Origin: Haliotis rubra
Lineage: Eukaryota
Reading direction: 5' to 3'
DNA length: 64,000 bases
Assembly: GCF_003918875.1 (NCBI RefSeq)
Contig: NW_025765559.1
Coordinates: 744,001-808,000, forward strand
The notes beneath the pieces were generated by a model, which did no database searches, was not told the origin of the DNA, and was given only the letters and a program-made list of their open reading frames with translations. The number at the start of each line of letters is the position of its first letter. Position 1 is the first letter of the stretch. The translations under genes and the position numbers were made by a program. This document shows, in pieces, positions 13,346 through 25,886 of the stretch.

Positions 13346-14402
13346 GACCTTCAGTCCACACAGAACCAACATAGGACCATCCGTCAACACAGGACCAACA
13401 TAGGACCATCGGTCAACACAGGACCAACATAGGACCATTCGTCAACACAGGACCAACATAGGACCATCCGTCAACACAGGACCAACATAGGACCATTGGT
13501 CAACACAGCACCAACATAGGACCATCGGTCAACATGACCCACACAGGACCATCGGTCAACACAGGACCAACATAGAACCATCGGTCAAAACAGGACCAAC
13601 ATAGGACCATCGGTCAACACAGGACCAACATAGGACCATTCGCCAACATAAGACCTACACTGGACCATCGGTCAATACAGGACCAACATAGGACCATCGG
13701 TCAACACAGGACCAACATAGGACCATTCGTCAACACAGGACCAATATAGGACCATCAGTCAACACAGGACCAACATAGGATCATCGGTCAACACAGGACC
13801 AACATAGGACCATTCGTCAACACTTGACCAACATAAACCATTCGTCAACACAGGACCAACATAGGACCGTCAGTCAACATAAGACCAACACAAGACCAAC
13901 ATAGGACCATTCGTCAAGACAGGACCAACATAGGACCATTCGTCAACACAGGACCAACACAGGACTATCAGTCAACATAAGACCAACACAGGACCAACAT
14001 AGGACCATCAGTCAACATAAAACCAACACAGGACCAACATAGGACCATTCGTCAACACAGGACCAACACAGGGCCATCATTCAACACAGGACCAACATAG
14101 GACCATTCATCAACACAGGACCAACATAGAACCATTCGTCAACACAGGACCATCAGTCAACATAAGACCAACATAGGACCATTCGTCAGCACAGGACCAA
14201 CATAGGACCATTCGTCAACATAGGACCAACACAGGACCATCAGTCAACATAAGACCAACACAAGACCAACAAAGGATCATTCGTCAACACAGGACCAACA
14301 TGAACCATTCTTCAACACAGGACCAACTTCAGACAATCGGTCAACACAGGACCAACATAGGACCATCAGTGAACCGAGGACCATCATAGGACCATCAGTT
14401 AA
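13346..14402. repeat. 29-bp minisatellite built from aggacca/acaca sub-repeats (~36 copies)
   Basis: Unit aggaccaacataggaccatcggtcaacac. Confidence 0.95.
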
Positions 14403-16179
14403 CAGAGTTGTCGATGTGGTACACGTCCACGAACTACGAGACGTTAAACTTTCCTTCCTCATTAAACTAATGAAATGCGAAACATGAAACATACTGTGTC
14501 CCTTCACAAATCGTATCCCGATTGCGTAGATCAAACGACACGAACACTCGTTTTCAGTACGATAGTCTAGGAACATGGACCTGGAAGGTAGGAAGTGGAC
14601 TGATGCACTGGACGTTGCTATCACACCTTTCTGACCACACGTTCTGCTACACGTTTACATCAGGCTGGTGGTTTGATACGCTTTTCCTTGCCATGTTATA
14701 CAGTTGCACTGCTATAAACTTGAGCTTAGGAATGAATTCAGCCATTGTCATATTATCTGACTGTACGACTTGCCATATTGGTATCTATTCAAGTTTCTAT
14801 ATTAGTATCTACGAATCAGACATGGTGCATTACTGCCACATATTCTCTCCTAAACCCATCCGCAGTTTTCAGTTTTCAAGTTAATTGTCCCTTAACAAAC
14901 ATTTATTTACAATGCACCTGAAAACATTTCTTTAAAATTAACCTTACGTAAATTTACGAGTAATCGTACATTTTAAAATTTATCAAATTTTACGTCAATG
15001 AAGTGGGATTATACACAGATTATCTTGATCCTATTTAAACTTGTAAACTCAACACAAAACTACTTAAACCGGGTGTTAAGAAAGGCCGTCAGCCAGTGCC
15101 CCAAAGCTAACATAAAAGCTGAAATCTAAACGCCGTAAAACCAACAGCTATGAACCTCCGTAGACTGACTTTCCGCAGTTCTGCACAAACTTCAAACAGT
15201 CATTTAGGTCTCATCGAGTACAGATCTAAACCTTTGCTCCGTTCACCCAACCGACAAACCGTCATAAACAAATATTGACCTAGTCAAAGAGCGACTCGTA
15301 CCCATATCAAGTCAACGTTTCTGTAGTCACAGGGGCTCTCAATGAAGCATCTAGGCTTAATTATACTCATCACTGCGGGGTACAGTGCTAACAGGTAAGC
15401 AGTCTCACCACCATTCATGAAATACAATGATCGCACTTTTTGACACTTGCAAATGGGTAAGTCAGAGTTTTACCTCCTTTATACGTTTCAATGACGATGT
15501 TGTGGGTGAATCACATGCGAATTGTGTCGTGCAGCGTTAGCTCCATACACCCGTCTCCCGCCATGTTTAGCTGCGGTTGCGTCTGGCCCCAAACGTGCAT
15601 GAAGTCGTTAACAGATTAGCGAGTCACGCCCGTAAAATGGATGGCTAAATGGTTGTACTGTCACTCTTAATATGGATGATGGCACTGTCAACGATGCGGG
15701 GAGCTCGAAACGTGAATAGGGAGCAAACCACACGGCTTTGCCCCAATTGTGTATAATGACGGTGATAGTGACGGCGAAGTACTGACATCCTCGTTTGTTG
15801 CGGTTGGTAGGTAGTTGCACAGTACTTCACATGAGGACCTCCCCCCTCGTGATGGTATTGTCGTACATCTGGGGTTATTCCGTACGGTTGCAAGGGTCAC
15901 AAACCCGTGTCTGTTCACCGTCACAATTCTTGGCGTAGACTGAAAATGTAAATGTATCGTGTAGGTTTTTTGCATATTTATTGTAATTTTATTAGAACAA
16001 GGATGCAGTATTAATAAACAGATTGGCAATCTTCCAGTTGACGAGCGATATTTTCCGCCACTGTGAGCATTGTGGGTATTCAGTTGCATCATTTGCATCG
16101 TTGCATCAGTTGCGTGTCGTGTATCAGCTGGATGCTGAAGATACGCGTGAAGTGATGCTGGTGGCATTCATTAACTGCT

Positions 16180-16470
16180 GCAACCAAACCCATGAGCTGT
16201 TTGCGCTTACAAACAAAGTATCATTGTGTGTGAATGTGGGATTCGAACCCACGGTATGCAGATCCTAGAATGTTAAAGGGTGTTAAAGGGACGCAACTCT
16301 ACACCACGTTCTGCAGCAACAGTGAGTTTTATTTCCTGTTCGAACCAAACCCATGAGCTGTTTGTACTTACAGACCAAGGATCGTCATTTGCTAATCTGG
16401 GATTCGAACCCACGATATGCAGATCCTGGCATGGTAAAGGGACGTAACTCTATACCACGTTCGGCCCGCA
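16180..16470 (-). mobile_element. Two tandem diverged copies of a tRNA-like element (~140-165 bp each)
   Basis: Direct repeats aaccaaacccatgagctgtttg..gggattcgaacccacg..aaagggacg(c/t)aactct..accacgttc. The minus strand has an A-box-like tggtgtag and the B-box ggttcgaatcc. Confidence 0.6.
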
Positions 16471-16733
16471 GTCTGTCAGTGCATTGTAGAAAAGTAGCAT
16501 CCATGTAAGAGTTCAGATATGTTCATAAATTCAAAACCACTTGTTCGAAACGTTAACCTGTTAGCGTTATAAAGAAATACAATTCATTTATGTTTATTAA
16601 CAACGGAAACAGTTGGGTTTACAATTTACAATTTGATGTCACATTGTGACCAGTATATTGCAAGAAATGAGCAACCGGGTTAATGTTGTTTTGCAAAAAT
16701 GTGACCATGTTCCACAGTAGGGAACCTAAGAAT

Positions 16734-16893
16734 CGGTGGGGTAGCCTAATGGTTAAAGCGCCCGCTCCTCACGCTGAAGACCCGGGTTCGATTTCCCACA
16801 TGGGTACAATATGTGAAGCCCATTCCTGGTGTCCCCGCCGTGATATTGCTGGAATATTGATAAAAGCGGCGTAAAACCATACTCACTCACTCA
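16734..16893 (+). mobile_element. tRNA-derived SINE family A, full length
   Basis: A box (tagcctaatgg), B box (ggttcgattt), (actc)n tail. 11-bp TSD ctaagaatcgg at 16726-16736 and 16894-16904. Confidence 0.95.
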
Positions 16894-17011
16894 CTAAGAA
16901 TCGGCCTCAAACACTGCACCCATTCTGAGGATGTCATTCAATGAGGCGTTTATTTCATTTTAACAATACCATGTTACAGATTCACAACATAAGGGAACTT
17001 TACTGGTCAGG

Positions 17012-17201
17012 TAATCTGTCATACAGACCCTGAAACAAATATATACAAAATGGCCCATGCAAGTATAAAATATGTGGCAAATCTAGTTTCTGAAAATGAA
17101 GAAAGTCACTGAGGTCCTTTTCATTATATTTTATTATTATTTATCATGAACATTTTGTTTCTGTAAAATATGTTCATTTCCCGAGACTAGATTTTAGTCT
17201 A
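17012..17201. mobile_element. Second copy of the Academ-like non-autonomous element (190 bp)
   Basis: Homologous to 12354-12558. 9-bp TSD ctggtcagg (17003-17011) / ctagtcagg (17202-17210). Ends taatctg..tagtcta. Confidence 0.8.
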
Positions 17202-17709
17202 CTAGTCAGGTCACATAGACATTTGAAATGCACAAAACGAGATCATAATATATTCATAACAGAAACGGGTGATGATTTATAAAGTCATGTTTGTCCCAAT
17301 TAAAACTAATGGATTCTATAGAGATACTAAAACTAATAGAGATATTGCCTTGTCCCACTTGTCAACGTCATATGGACATACCAAACACTGAAGGCGGAGT
17401 TTTCTCAATGAATGGGTATATCGTTGTACGCTGGTGACAGCATCACGTCAATGGTTTCTCAGTATGTCTGTATTTGATGGGGCGGGGAGGGGCGCCTGAA
17501 TGGGTACAGCGTGCTCGTAAGGCTCGACTGGGTTTGTCACATGAGTGCGCGTAACGCATGAAGCCCAGTTTTGGTGCAAAAATTCTTTCTTTCTCCTACA
17601 TTGGTGGATATAAGATATAAGTTAAACCCGCTCATCTGTTTGACTGGAAGTTGATTTTCAAACAAGCACAAATACGTCAGGAAATGTATGATGACCGAGT
17701 TGAAGCAGG

Positions 17710-17871
17710 AGTTAGTTAGAATGGTTTTACGCCGCTTTTAGCAATATTCCAGCAATATTACGGCTTGGGACACCAGAACTGAGCTTCACACATTGTACCC
17801 ATGTGAGTAATCGAAACCGGGCATTGGCGAGAGGAGCGAATGCTTTAACCACTAGGCTACCCTACCGCCCC
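17710..17871 (-). mobile_element. SINE family A
   Basis: Reverse complement of family A. 12-bp TSD agttgaagcagg at 17698-17709 and 17873-17884. Confidence 0.95.
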
Positions 17872-18409
17872 AAGTTGAAGCAGGGGTAACGAGGCAACAG
17901 TTAATACTTTGATGAAACGTCCATGCATGTATGTAGTGCTTACAAACCAAAGGTAACTATGAGGGGGAATCCTGATACGATCAAGGGACGCAACTCCGTG
18001 TAGTGACTTGTGGCTATTATTCTAGGCCACCCGTTAGCGCACAAAGGAAAGAAAAAATATGCTGCCTCAAGAGACACAAAAATGTTTTCTAAAAGCACGT
18101 TTTCGAAGCTGATTGACCCTGAAATTCCGGAGACTACCTTTCAGAAAATCAATTAACGTCAATTTAATAAAGATTAGGCACTATACAGTCATATAATCAT
18201 CTGCCATTCGGCACTACCAAAATTGACCCAGGGCTCGGATGCCTAAAACAGTTATGCCCCTTTCATGCGCAAGTATCCGTTGATCGTTCATATGAGTGCC
18301 CTGATTATACTAGTAATCGTTTGTCAGCACTATACCAGGGGTTGGGTTTCACCAAACTGGAAAAATATGTTTGGTTGTGTTTCAACTCAGACCCTCAGTA
18401 ATATTAAAG

Positions 18410-18562
18410 TTATAATGGCGGCGGTTTGTAAATAATCAAGTATGGATCAGACAATCCAATGATTGACATCATGATCTACGCAGACACGATGACCAAGTCA
18501 ACGAGCCTAACCATTCAGTCCTGTTGATGACGTCTTTCGACAAGCATGGGTTGCTGAAGATA
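18410..18562 (-). mobile_element. Family B retroelement, old diverged copy
   Basis: atggcggcggtttgtaaataatc..cagacaatcca..cgacaagcatgggttgctgaaga. Confidence 0.75.
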
Positions 18563-18719
18563 AATCATCTTCCAGCATTAATACGGGTTTTCCAGCTACA
18601 TCGAGCTGATAGGCTTTGAAATAACTGCAAAACCATTCCGTTAAACAACTCACAAACTCTCCTCCAAATCACGTAAGCGAACACCTTTGGGTCACCTCCT
18701 CCTCATTCACAGTACCACC

Positions 18720-18851
18720 ACACTTACTCACTCACTCACTCACAACTCACTCACACAACTCACTAACTCACTCACTCAACCACAACTGACTGACTGACTG
18801 ACTGACTGACTGACTGACTCACTCACTCACTCACCTCACCCACTCACTCAC
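18720..18851. repeat. Compound (ACTC)n/(ACTG)n microsatellite
   Basis: Directly visible tetranucleotide runs. Confidence 0.95.
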
Positions 18852-19666
18852 TTGTAATACCCGTCCCTAAAATACATTTAAACACTACGTTTCACTTACT
18901 TACCACACCGACCAACCACGAGCTTTTGAACGCCATAGGACATAAATCCCAGGCCCCAAAACCACCCTCAATAATTAATTTGAATAATCACCTCACATGG
19001 CCAGTAAAACAAATAGTTGTTCCACACTAATAAACACACTAAGGAGATTGAGCACGATATCAGATAATATTTCAAAATTTCATGGACAAGTGTCAATAAT
19101 TAAACGTTTAATGTCTTGTTAAACAAAGCTGCAAATTGTTCGAACGTAAACAACGTCTTCGTGTAATCAGTAACAATTTTATGTGCGAGTGGTTACAAAA
19201 GCCATTTGATATCGCGCATGTTTTGGCCTGGTTATGAAACAGAATCAGGTACGGTGCTATATCAACGCCAAATAGATGTGTGGCCTTATTGATCTGAGTC
19301 CGATGTACCGTTAAAACTCACGTCAGCGGTTTAGTCGCGATCAGTGGCATATAAAGCTATATTAACGGGAATTACACACGTGGGTAGTTTTCACATTTAC
19401 CAGAGTGTCATTCTCAATCTACAGCCCTAGTAAGTTGATAAAATTCACATTAAACCAACTTGGAATGCCTCCTAAAACTAACAATCTATGATGGTGTAGC
19501 AGTGAAAGGCAACCCTAATTACACAGAGTGAGTTAGTGAGTGTGGGGCCAAATTTCAATACATTTTGTACTAAAATGCCCCAGAAATGGCCCCTAAAGGT
19601 CTTTCAATACAGGTGCCAGTTTGCCGCGTTGAAAATGCAATTAGAACCCCTGGAACAATTTCAGGT

Positions 19667-19934
19667 GTGAGTGGGTGAGTTTAGTTTACGCCGGTTTTAG
19701 CAATATTTCAGCAATATCACGGCGGGGGACATCAGAATGGACTTCACACATTGTACCCATGTGGGGAATCGAACCCGGTCTTCAGTGTGACGAGCGAACG
19801 CTTTAAACACTTGGGCCTAGATTTTCGAAGCTCTCTTAGCGCTAAGATAGTCGTAAGTGCCATACATTAACATTAACTTACGACTATCTTAGCGCTAAGA
19901 GAGCTTCGAAAATCTAGGCTTTGGTCCACCCCAC
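19667..19934 (-). mobile_element. SINE family A interrupted by a MITE
   Basis: The family A reverse complement breaks at ..gctttaaacacttg and resumes at ttggtccaccccacc. Confidence 0.9.
19814..19920. mobile_element. 107-bp palindromic MITE, PIF/Harbinger-like
   Basis: 45-bp TIRs (19814-19858 and 19876-19920, one terminal mismatch), 17-bp spacer, GGCC start, 3-bp TSD ttg. Confidence 0.9.
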
Positions 19935-19999
19935 CTTGTCTAATGACAAGGTTTGTGTATATAATGTGCGATGATTATATGTACGATTATATGCCAAGG

Positions 20000-21020
20000 A
20001 TCGATGTACGGTCATGAGTTCAAATATCGATCGGATCGATATACGGTTATGTGTTCGAAGATATGCCATGGTTCAACAGTCATGAGATCAGAGATATGTC
20101 AAGGATCGATGAACAGTCATGAGATCGGATATATGTCAAGGATCGATGAAACAGTCATCAGATCAGAGATATGTCATGGATCGATAAACAGTCATGAGAT
20201 CAGATATATGTCAAGGATCGATGAAACAGTCATCAGATCAGAGATATGTCATGGATCGATAAACAGTCATGAGATCAGAGATATGTCATGGATCGATAAA
20301 CAGTCATCAGTTCAGAGATATGTCATGGATCGATAAACAGTCAAGAGATCAGAGATATGTCAAGGATCGATAGTCAAGAGATCAGAGATATGTCAAGGAT
20401 CGATAAACAGTCATGAGATCAGATATATGTCAAGGGTCGATAGTCAAGAGATCAGAGATATGTCAAGGATCGATAAACAGTCATGAGATCAGATATATGT
20501 CAAGGATCGATAAACAGTAATGAGATCAGAGATATGTCAAGAATCGATAGTCAAGAAATCAGAGATATGTTATGGATCGATGAACAGTCATGAGATCAGA
20601 GATATGTCAAGGAGGTGAGGTGAGGTGAAATTTTACATCGTGCTTGAGAATATTTCGCTCATATGACGACGTGCATGCGTGTGTATGTGTATGTGCGGCT
20701 ACTAGCCCAGACTGAAGCTGGTTTTATAGTGCTAGCCCACTAAGATACCATGCCGCAGTGAAGCATGAATACCCCACTCAGACACATTATACTGACTCCG
20801 AGCCGACCAGTCCTTGTTGTGCCCATTAATGCCGAGCGCCAGGCAGGGACCAACAAGTACCATATTTTAACGTCTTTTGGTATGACGCGGTCGGGGATCG
20901 AACCCGCGACCTTCCGCTTTCCGGGCGGACGCTTTAACCACTACACCGCGGAGGCGGTCATGTCAAGGATCGATAGTCAAGAGATCAGAGATATGTTATG
21001 GATCGATGAACAGTCATGAG
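20000..21020. repeat. ~37-bp minisatellite interrupted by SINE family C
   Basis: Unit cagtcatgagatcagagatatgtcaaggatcgataaa. Confidence 0.93.
20614..20959 (-). mobile_element. tRNA-derived SINE family C (Meta/MESC-domain-like body)
   Basis: Minus strand reads gaccgcctccgcggtgtagtggttaaagcg..ggttcgatcccc, then aaaatatggtacttgttggtccctgcctggcgctcggcattaatggg..cagtataatgtgtctgagtgggg and a (tcacc)n tail. 10-bp TSD atgtcaagga. Near-identical to 46373-46729. The domain name is from recollection. Confidence 0.92.
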
Positions 21021-21153
21021 TGTCAACGTATACCATGGTTCCATATGCAGTTGATTAATTCTCAGTAGCGGGTAAAATCTATTATATTGATCGGTATGTG
21101 AAAGTTTAAACTTATTGTTATGTAGGACAGTGTCGCAGGCGTATTACGTTGCT

Positions 21154-21308
21154 GGGGCGGTGGGGTAGCCTAGTAGTTAAAGCGACCGCTCGTCACGCTG
21201 AAGACCCGGGTTCGAATTCCGACAATGTGTTAAGTCCATTTCTGGTGTCCCCCGCCGTGATATTGCTGGAATATTGCTAAAAGCGGCATAAACTCATACT
21301 CACTCACT
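21154..21308 (+). mobile_element. SINE family A (small internal deletion)
   Basis: ggggcggtggggtagcctagtagttaaagcg..gggttcgaatt..gctggaatattgctaaaagcggc..(actc)n. Confidence 0.93.
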
Positions 21309-21890
21309 TTTATGTTGCCTCTGTTACGAAACATCTCACATTACAAGAGGACCAGCGGCTGGGTGAATATCACTTTTCACCTAGGATTCCCAGCCTACGC
21401 CTACTCTGGAATGTTGTCAACCGTTGCAGATCACGGCCTTCACATTGCTTTACCATTTTATTGGCACTGCCATGTAATGTTTACTACCATCGTAATTCCT
21501 TAGTAGTGGTTTGTAAACTTCGGAAATTTTACAATAGTTAAAATTATCAACGGATATAAATTAATTTAATTCTGTATCAGAACATCCTTGGCAGTTTGAA
21601 GTCGTCATTTGGCATTCAACATGATTTCAAAGAGTTTATATGAGAAAGTTCTTCAGCTTCCATTGAAAAAATAAATTTTAATATGTCGACGTGTACACAT
21701 CCCTACGCCTACACGTGTGCACCCGTACAGACAACACATTCAAAAGTCATCAGCGTGTTGCCTTTGGTCTGGAGCAGTCACACCATTTCTTAACAATGTA
21801 GGTTCATTTGATCAGTGCGTGAAATGTGAAATTCACTTTCTCCATGTTCGTTCGCTGCCCCAACTGTCTCACATGTCGCATTTATAATAG

Positions 21891-22022
21891 GTGTGTGAGT
21901 TTTAGTTTTACCCCGTTTTTAGCAATATTCCAGCAATATCACACCAGAAATTTGCTTCACACATTGTACCCATGTGGGGAATCGAACCCAGACCTTCGGC
22001 GACACGAGCGAACGCTTTAACC
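21891..22022 (-). mobile_element. SINE family A, 5' end cut off at a TTAA
   Basis: The family A reverse complement ends at gcgaacgctttaacc; the expected actaggctacccc is absent. Confidence 0.88.
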
Positions 22023-24984
22023 GGATCTACGTACGATTTTTTTAATGTGGCATCTTTACGGAAAGTGTTAGCGAAGAAAATATAGCTTGATATCTGAACG
22101 ACATAAGTGTATATGAATTGGGTTTATGTGCTTGTGCATAACGTTATACGCTCAACATTAAAAATGACTCGCAATAAATGTCAAAATGGATTTTCTTCTA
22201 TGACGTCAAACGACGACAGAGAGGTCATACACATATAATGATAAGGGGCATAACTCCGTTATGCGTAACACTATGTCCATGTAACTCAGATCACTTGAGA
22301 GAATTTGTTGTGGATACGGACGCTATATTTTCGTTATTTTTATGTTCATGGTGAACCAAACTATCCCAATTCAGTACCCCAATGTGAGCGGATGCAGTTT
22401 GGTAGTTTCACAATTTACAAGAAAATGACAACGTATTACATGTGAAAGCACGTAATAGCGATTTGGATGGCCCTATCCGATATATAAGTTAGTTCTTAGA
22501 TTCCTCATATTGTCCTGTTTGTGTAGATGTATTTTGACTAATTTTGCATCGTTATTACCAGAGTACTAGCCATATCTTCAAATGTAATGAAATTGCTGAA
22601 AATAATACACCATTTTAGTTGACGTCATTGCTTGTTTTATGCATTTTGCGACGTCGGAAAAAAGATGACACTGGTATGCTGTTTAGTACATATCTCACCT
22701 AATTTCCTTTAATTGTGTGAAAGGTCTCGGCTTCTATGTCAGAATTTAAGACTCTTTAGACAAAACATAAAATGACTGATTTTTCCATTTAAATAGTGTC
22801 CTGAATATATCAACAATTAGACAGTTTGACTGTGTATCTTTTTGTGAGAAACACGCGCACCTGTTTGGCATCAATTTAACGTAAATGAAAAATAACATTT
22901 CACAACACCCGAATATTTTGTTTAGGATAAGAATTTTCTTTGTTTATGATTATGTAGCTATTTCTCTTCATAAGTATGCAATGAAAGATGCAAAAAGATA
23001 GCTTTTATATATGGAACTAGTACGTACTATATATTAGAATATGGATGTAAGATTTGTCCAAATTAAGACATGACATGGTTTATATATTTTAAACAATTTT
23101 CGTATAAATATAGTTAGAGTTTGATATCCTGTCATCACAATATTTTTAAATCGAATATGAATTGATTATATTATCGAAAACAATGATAGTGAATCATAAA
23201 ACGTTTCCGACAAACGCGCACATGGCCAATCAATTTTACATCATTGTTTTTTCTATAAACCGACACACAAATGCGCAAAAAAACAAGACAATTCCTTTAA
23301 ATATGTGTGCATATACATTTCATACCATATATAAATCATTTTTATTAATATTATCAGTTTTACTTATAAGGTTGAATTAAATCGCCATTCATTAACCTGT
23401 TCATGTGAAACTGCAATATTAGTCCAAATGCATTGAATATTGTACATCATCGGAACTAACGCAATTGCAGTTATGGCTACGTTTGATCTTCTAACACTTG
23501 TGTAAAGGTTTAGAATATGGTGTATTGCACTAAATATGTCAATTTCCTATGTAAATATGATTCAAACAATCAAAAACTTTCAAAGAATAAAACACCGTAA
23601 ACCCTATACGCACGTATGATATGATATTGAACAAGGCTAAATGTGGATACTGAAGTCAGTTTCATGAAAAAGTATCTGAACTATACGCAAAATATACACC
23701 ATAATACTGACAGTGTAATCGGAAGGATTAAGATTGTGTTTACTCTTGTTCACCAACCGACCTTCACCTCAAAGAAATTGCCTAATATGTACAACAATGT
23801 TGGACGTATGACATCACTACCGCTGACCGATTTCTTACACAAAATGGCGGCTTTGCTGACTGAAGGGTACACACAAGATTTTGCGAGGACCCTTCCATTG
23901 ATTCAGGGATCGTTTGTCCATAAATATGAGATGTAAAGTAATCAGGAATGATTCCTGACTATCTGTGTATTGTTATATGTTTTATCGTTTTCATTAAAAG
24001 TAAGAGAAAAGACAGAAATCCAGATAATTACCGTTGTCGTTCTGCGTGATTTTCCGTCAGTCATGGCGTCACGCTGCACGGAAACTTTTACAATTCTTAT
24101 GAATTATCAAATCATTGCATTGTATCTATTTATAATTTCCTATTTCTTGCTACGATACTCTTTCCATGCATATTCAAAGGTATTGAGCCATTGCAAAGCA
24201 AATGAATAGACGGATTAATGTTGGAAAATTGCAGAAAATGCTACACAGTGTAAAAATAGGTTTTGTCTTTGTTTACATTTCGAACCAGCGAAGTCTTTCG
24301 AGCAGCGTTCGTTTTCACACCAAATATGTTTCTGGTCTCATTTTATCTAGACGGTTGGCATTGGTGACAAAGACCACTTGCAGTTTGAGTCTAAAATGTA
24401 TGGGGAGTTTATTGATGTACGTTTTTCGAAGCTGAATATGAAATATACGTGATGTAATATGCGTCTCAATACTGGCCTTCGCGAAACGTGATTTTGTAAA
24501 CACTATCCAATATGGCGGAAAGCGCTCTACGGCGTTCGTGTAAGTGCATTTTCGAAAACATCCCAACCGATTCTAGATTCATCGGCAACGTTTCAGAATT
24601 TTACTTAGCGATTTCATGTAAAACTGATATGAGTGATCATGAATATGTTATTTTTGAAATTCAATACTCCCAGTAATTATCCGGTTTTCACATTTCAAAA
24701 CATACAGCAAATAACGCTGTGAATCGCGATTTCGTACTGTGTCAAAAATGGCGACATTTTCGATGAAGCCTATTTTGAAAGGTCATTTTCAGCACTTGAA
24801 CTTTGTCTAAAATAATAGTGGATGGTATCAAGAAACAGGAAATTTCCCAAAGAATTCGAAACTGTGAAGTGTATTTGTGTGCGTGGGATATTTTGATTTT
24901 TATTTGACTTGAAATTGAGGGTTGAAGGGGAAGGACATATATAATAGAGTAGAAAGTAGCATGAATTTCATCATTATGTAACTA

Positions 24985-25160
24985 ACTCACTTATACAGTA
25001 CTCTCCCTAGTGTACTGTGATGTCACTTGCATTGTGACGTCATAACTCAGTAATGACGTCATAGTGACGACGTCATAGTCCTAACTGCCAGTTCACCTGA
25101 TGAAGGGACCTGGAATGGTCTCGAAACGTTGTGAGAGAAATTAAAAAGAAGTTTAATCCA
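24985..25160 (+). mobile_element. Penelope-like element 3' end / pseudo-LTR relic
   Basis: Three TGACGTCA-type motifs, then a minimal hammerhead motif, then attaaaaagaag. This layout is characteristic of Penelope-like pLTRs. Confidence 0.7.
25092..25135 (+). ncRNA. Minimal type I hammerhead ribozyme motif
   Basis: Stem I tcac(25093-96)/gtga(25131-34); core CUGAUGA (25097-25103); stem II gggacc/ggtctc with a 6-nt loop; GAAA (25123-26); palindromic stem III (AACGUU); predicted cleavage after GUU at 25130. Confidence 0.8.
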
Positions 25161-25656
25161 CAATATTATTTTAACTTAAAACTCATTCGTTTGTATTTCA
25201 CCTTTACTCCAATATACCTTTACCTTTACTCTAATATACTAAGCGGGTTTTTTCTATCATATGAATACAAGAATATTCACTAACTACAGCATACCCTTCT
25301 CTCTTGTCCTTTACTTTCTGGTTATTAGATTACCTATACAACAACATAATTACTGGTCAATAGGATTTTAAGCATGTAGTTCTTCTGGGAGAGATGATGG
25401 ACTGTGCTCATTACATGCCATGGGGGTGCATCTAATCAGATAATTAATCCCTGTAGTTAATTTGGGATGTAGTTCTTATGGGAGTAAACCAGGCTATTCC
25501 ACCTCCCCTATTTGGTAACACCTGCGTTTGATCAATAGATACATCATACAAAATAGACACACAGAAATTCAAACTGAAATGGTTATGTTCGCCTAATACA
25601 CAGTGCAGTATTATAATCATTGTGAAATACACAATGCCATTTAGAAAGTGGTCAAA

Positions 25657-25886
25657 TGTAACATATGTTATATTTGGGATTACCCTTTCTTAGTAAAGTA
25701 CAGATTCTAGTACTTTTGTTGGGTTGAGTCCCATCCGGGATTCGAACCCACACCCTTGTGTGCTGGCGATAAGGTGCCTGTCTTTGAGGGTGTGGGTTCG
25801 AATCCCGGATGGGACTCAACCCAACAAAAGTACTAGAATCTGTACTTTACTAAGAAAGTGTAATCCCAAATATAACATATGTTATA
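25657..25886. mobile_element. ~230-bp foldback element whose arms are tRNA-like 3' halves pointing outward
   Basis: ~98-bp near-perfect inverted arms (25659-25756 and 25787-25884) with a 30-bp spacer. Each arm contains the B-box/T-arm gggttcgaatccc. Confidence 0.85.

Noticed and set aside
16734-16810. tRNA genes at SINE heads
   Set aside because: The A/B boxes run straight into a repeated SINE body with tail and TSD; I see no complete cloverleaf or oligo-T terminator.
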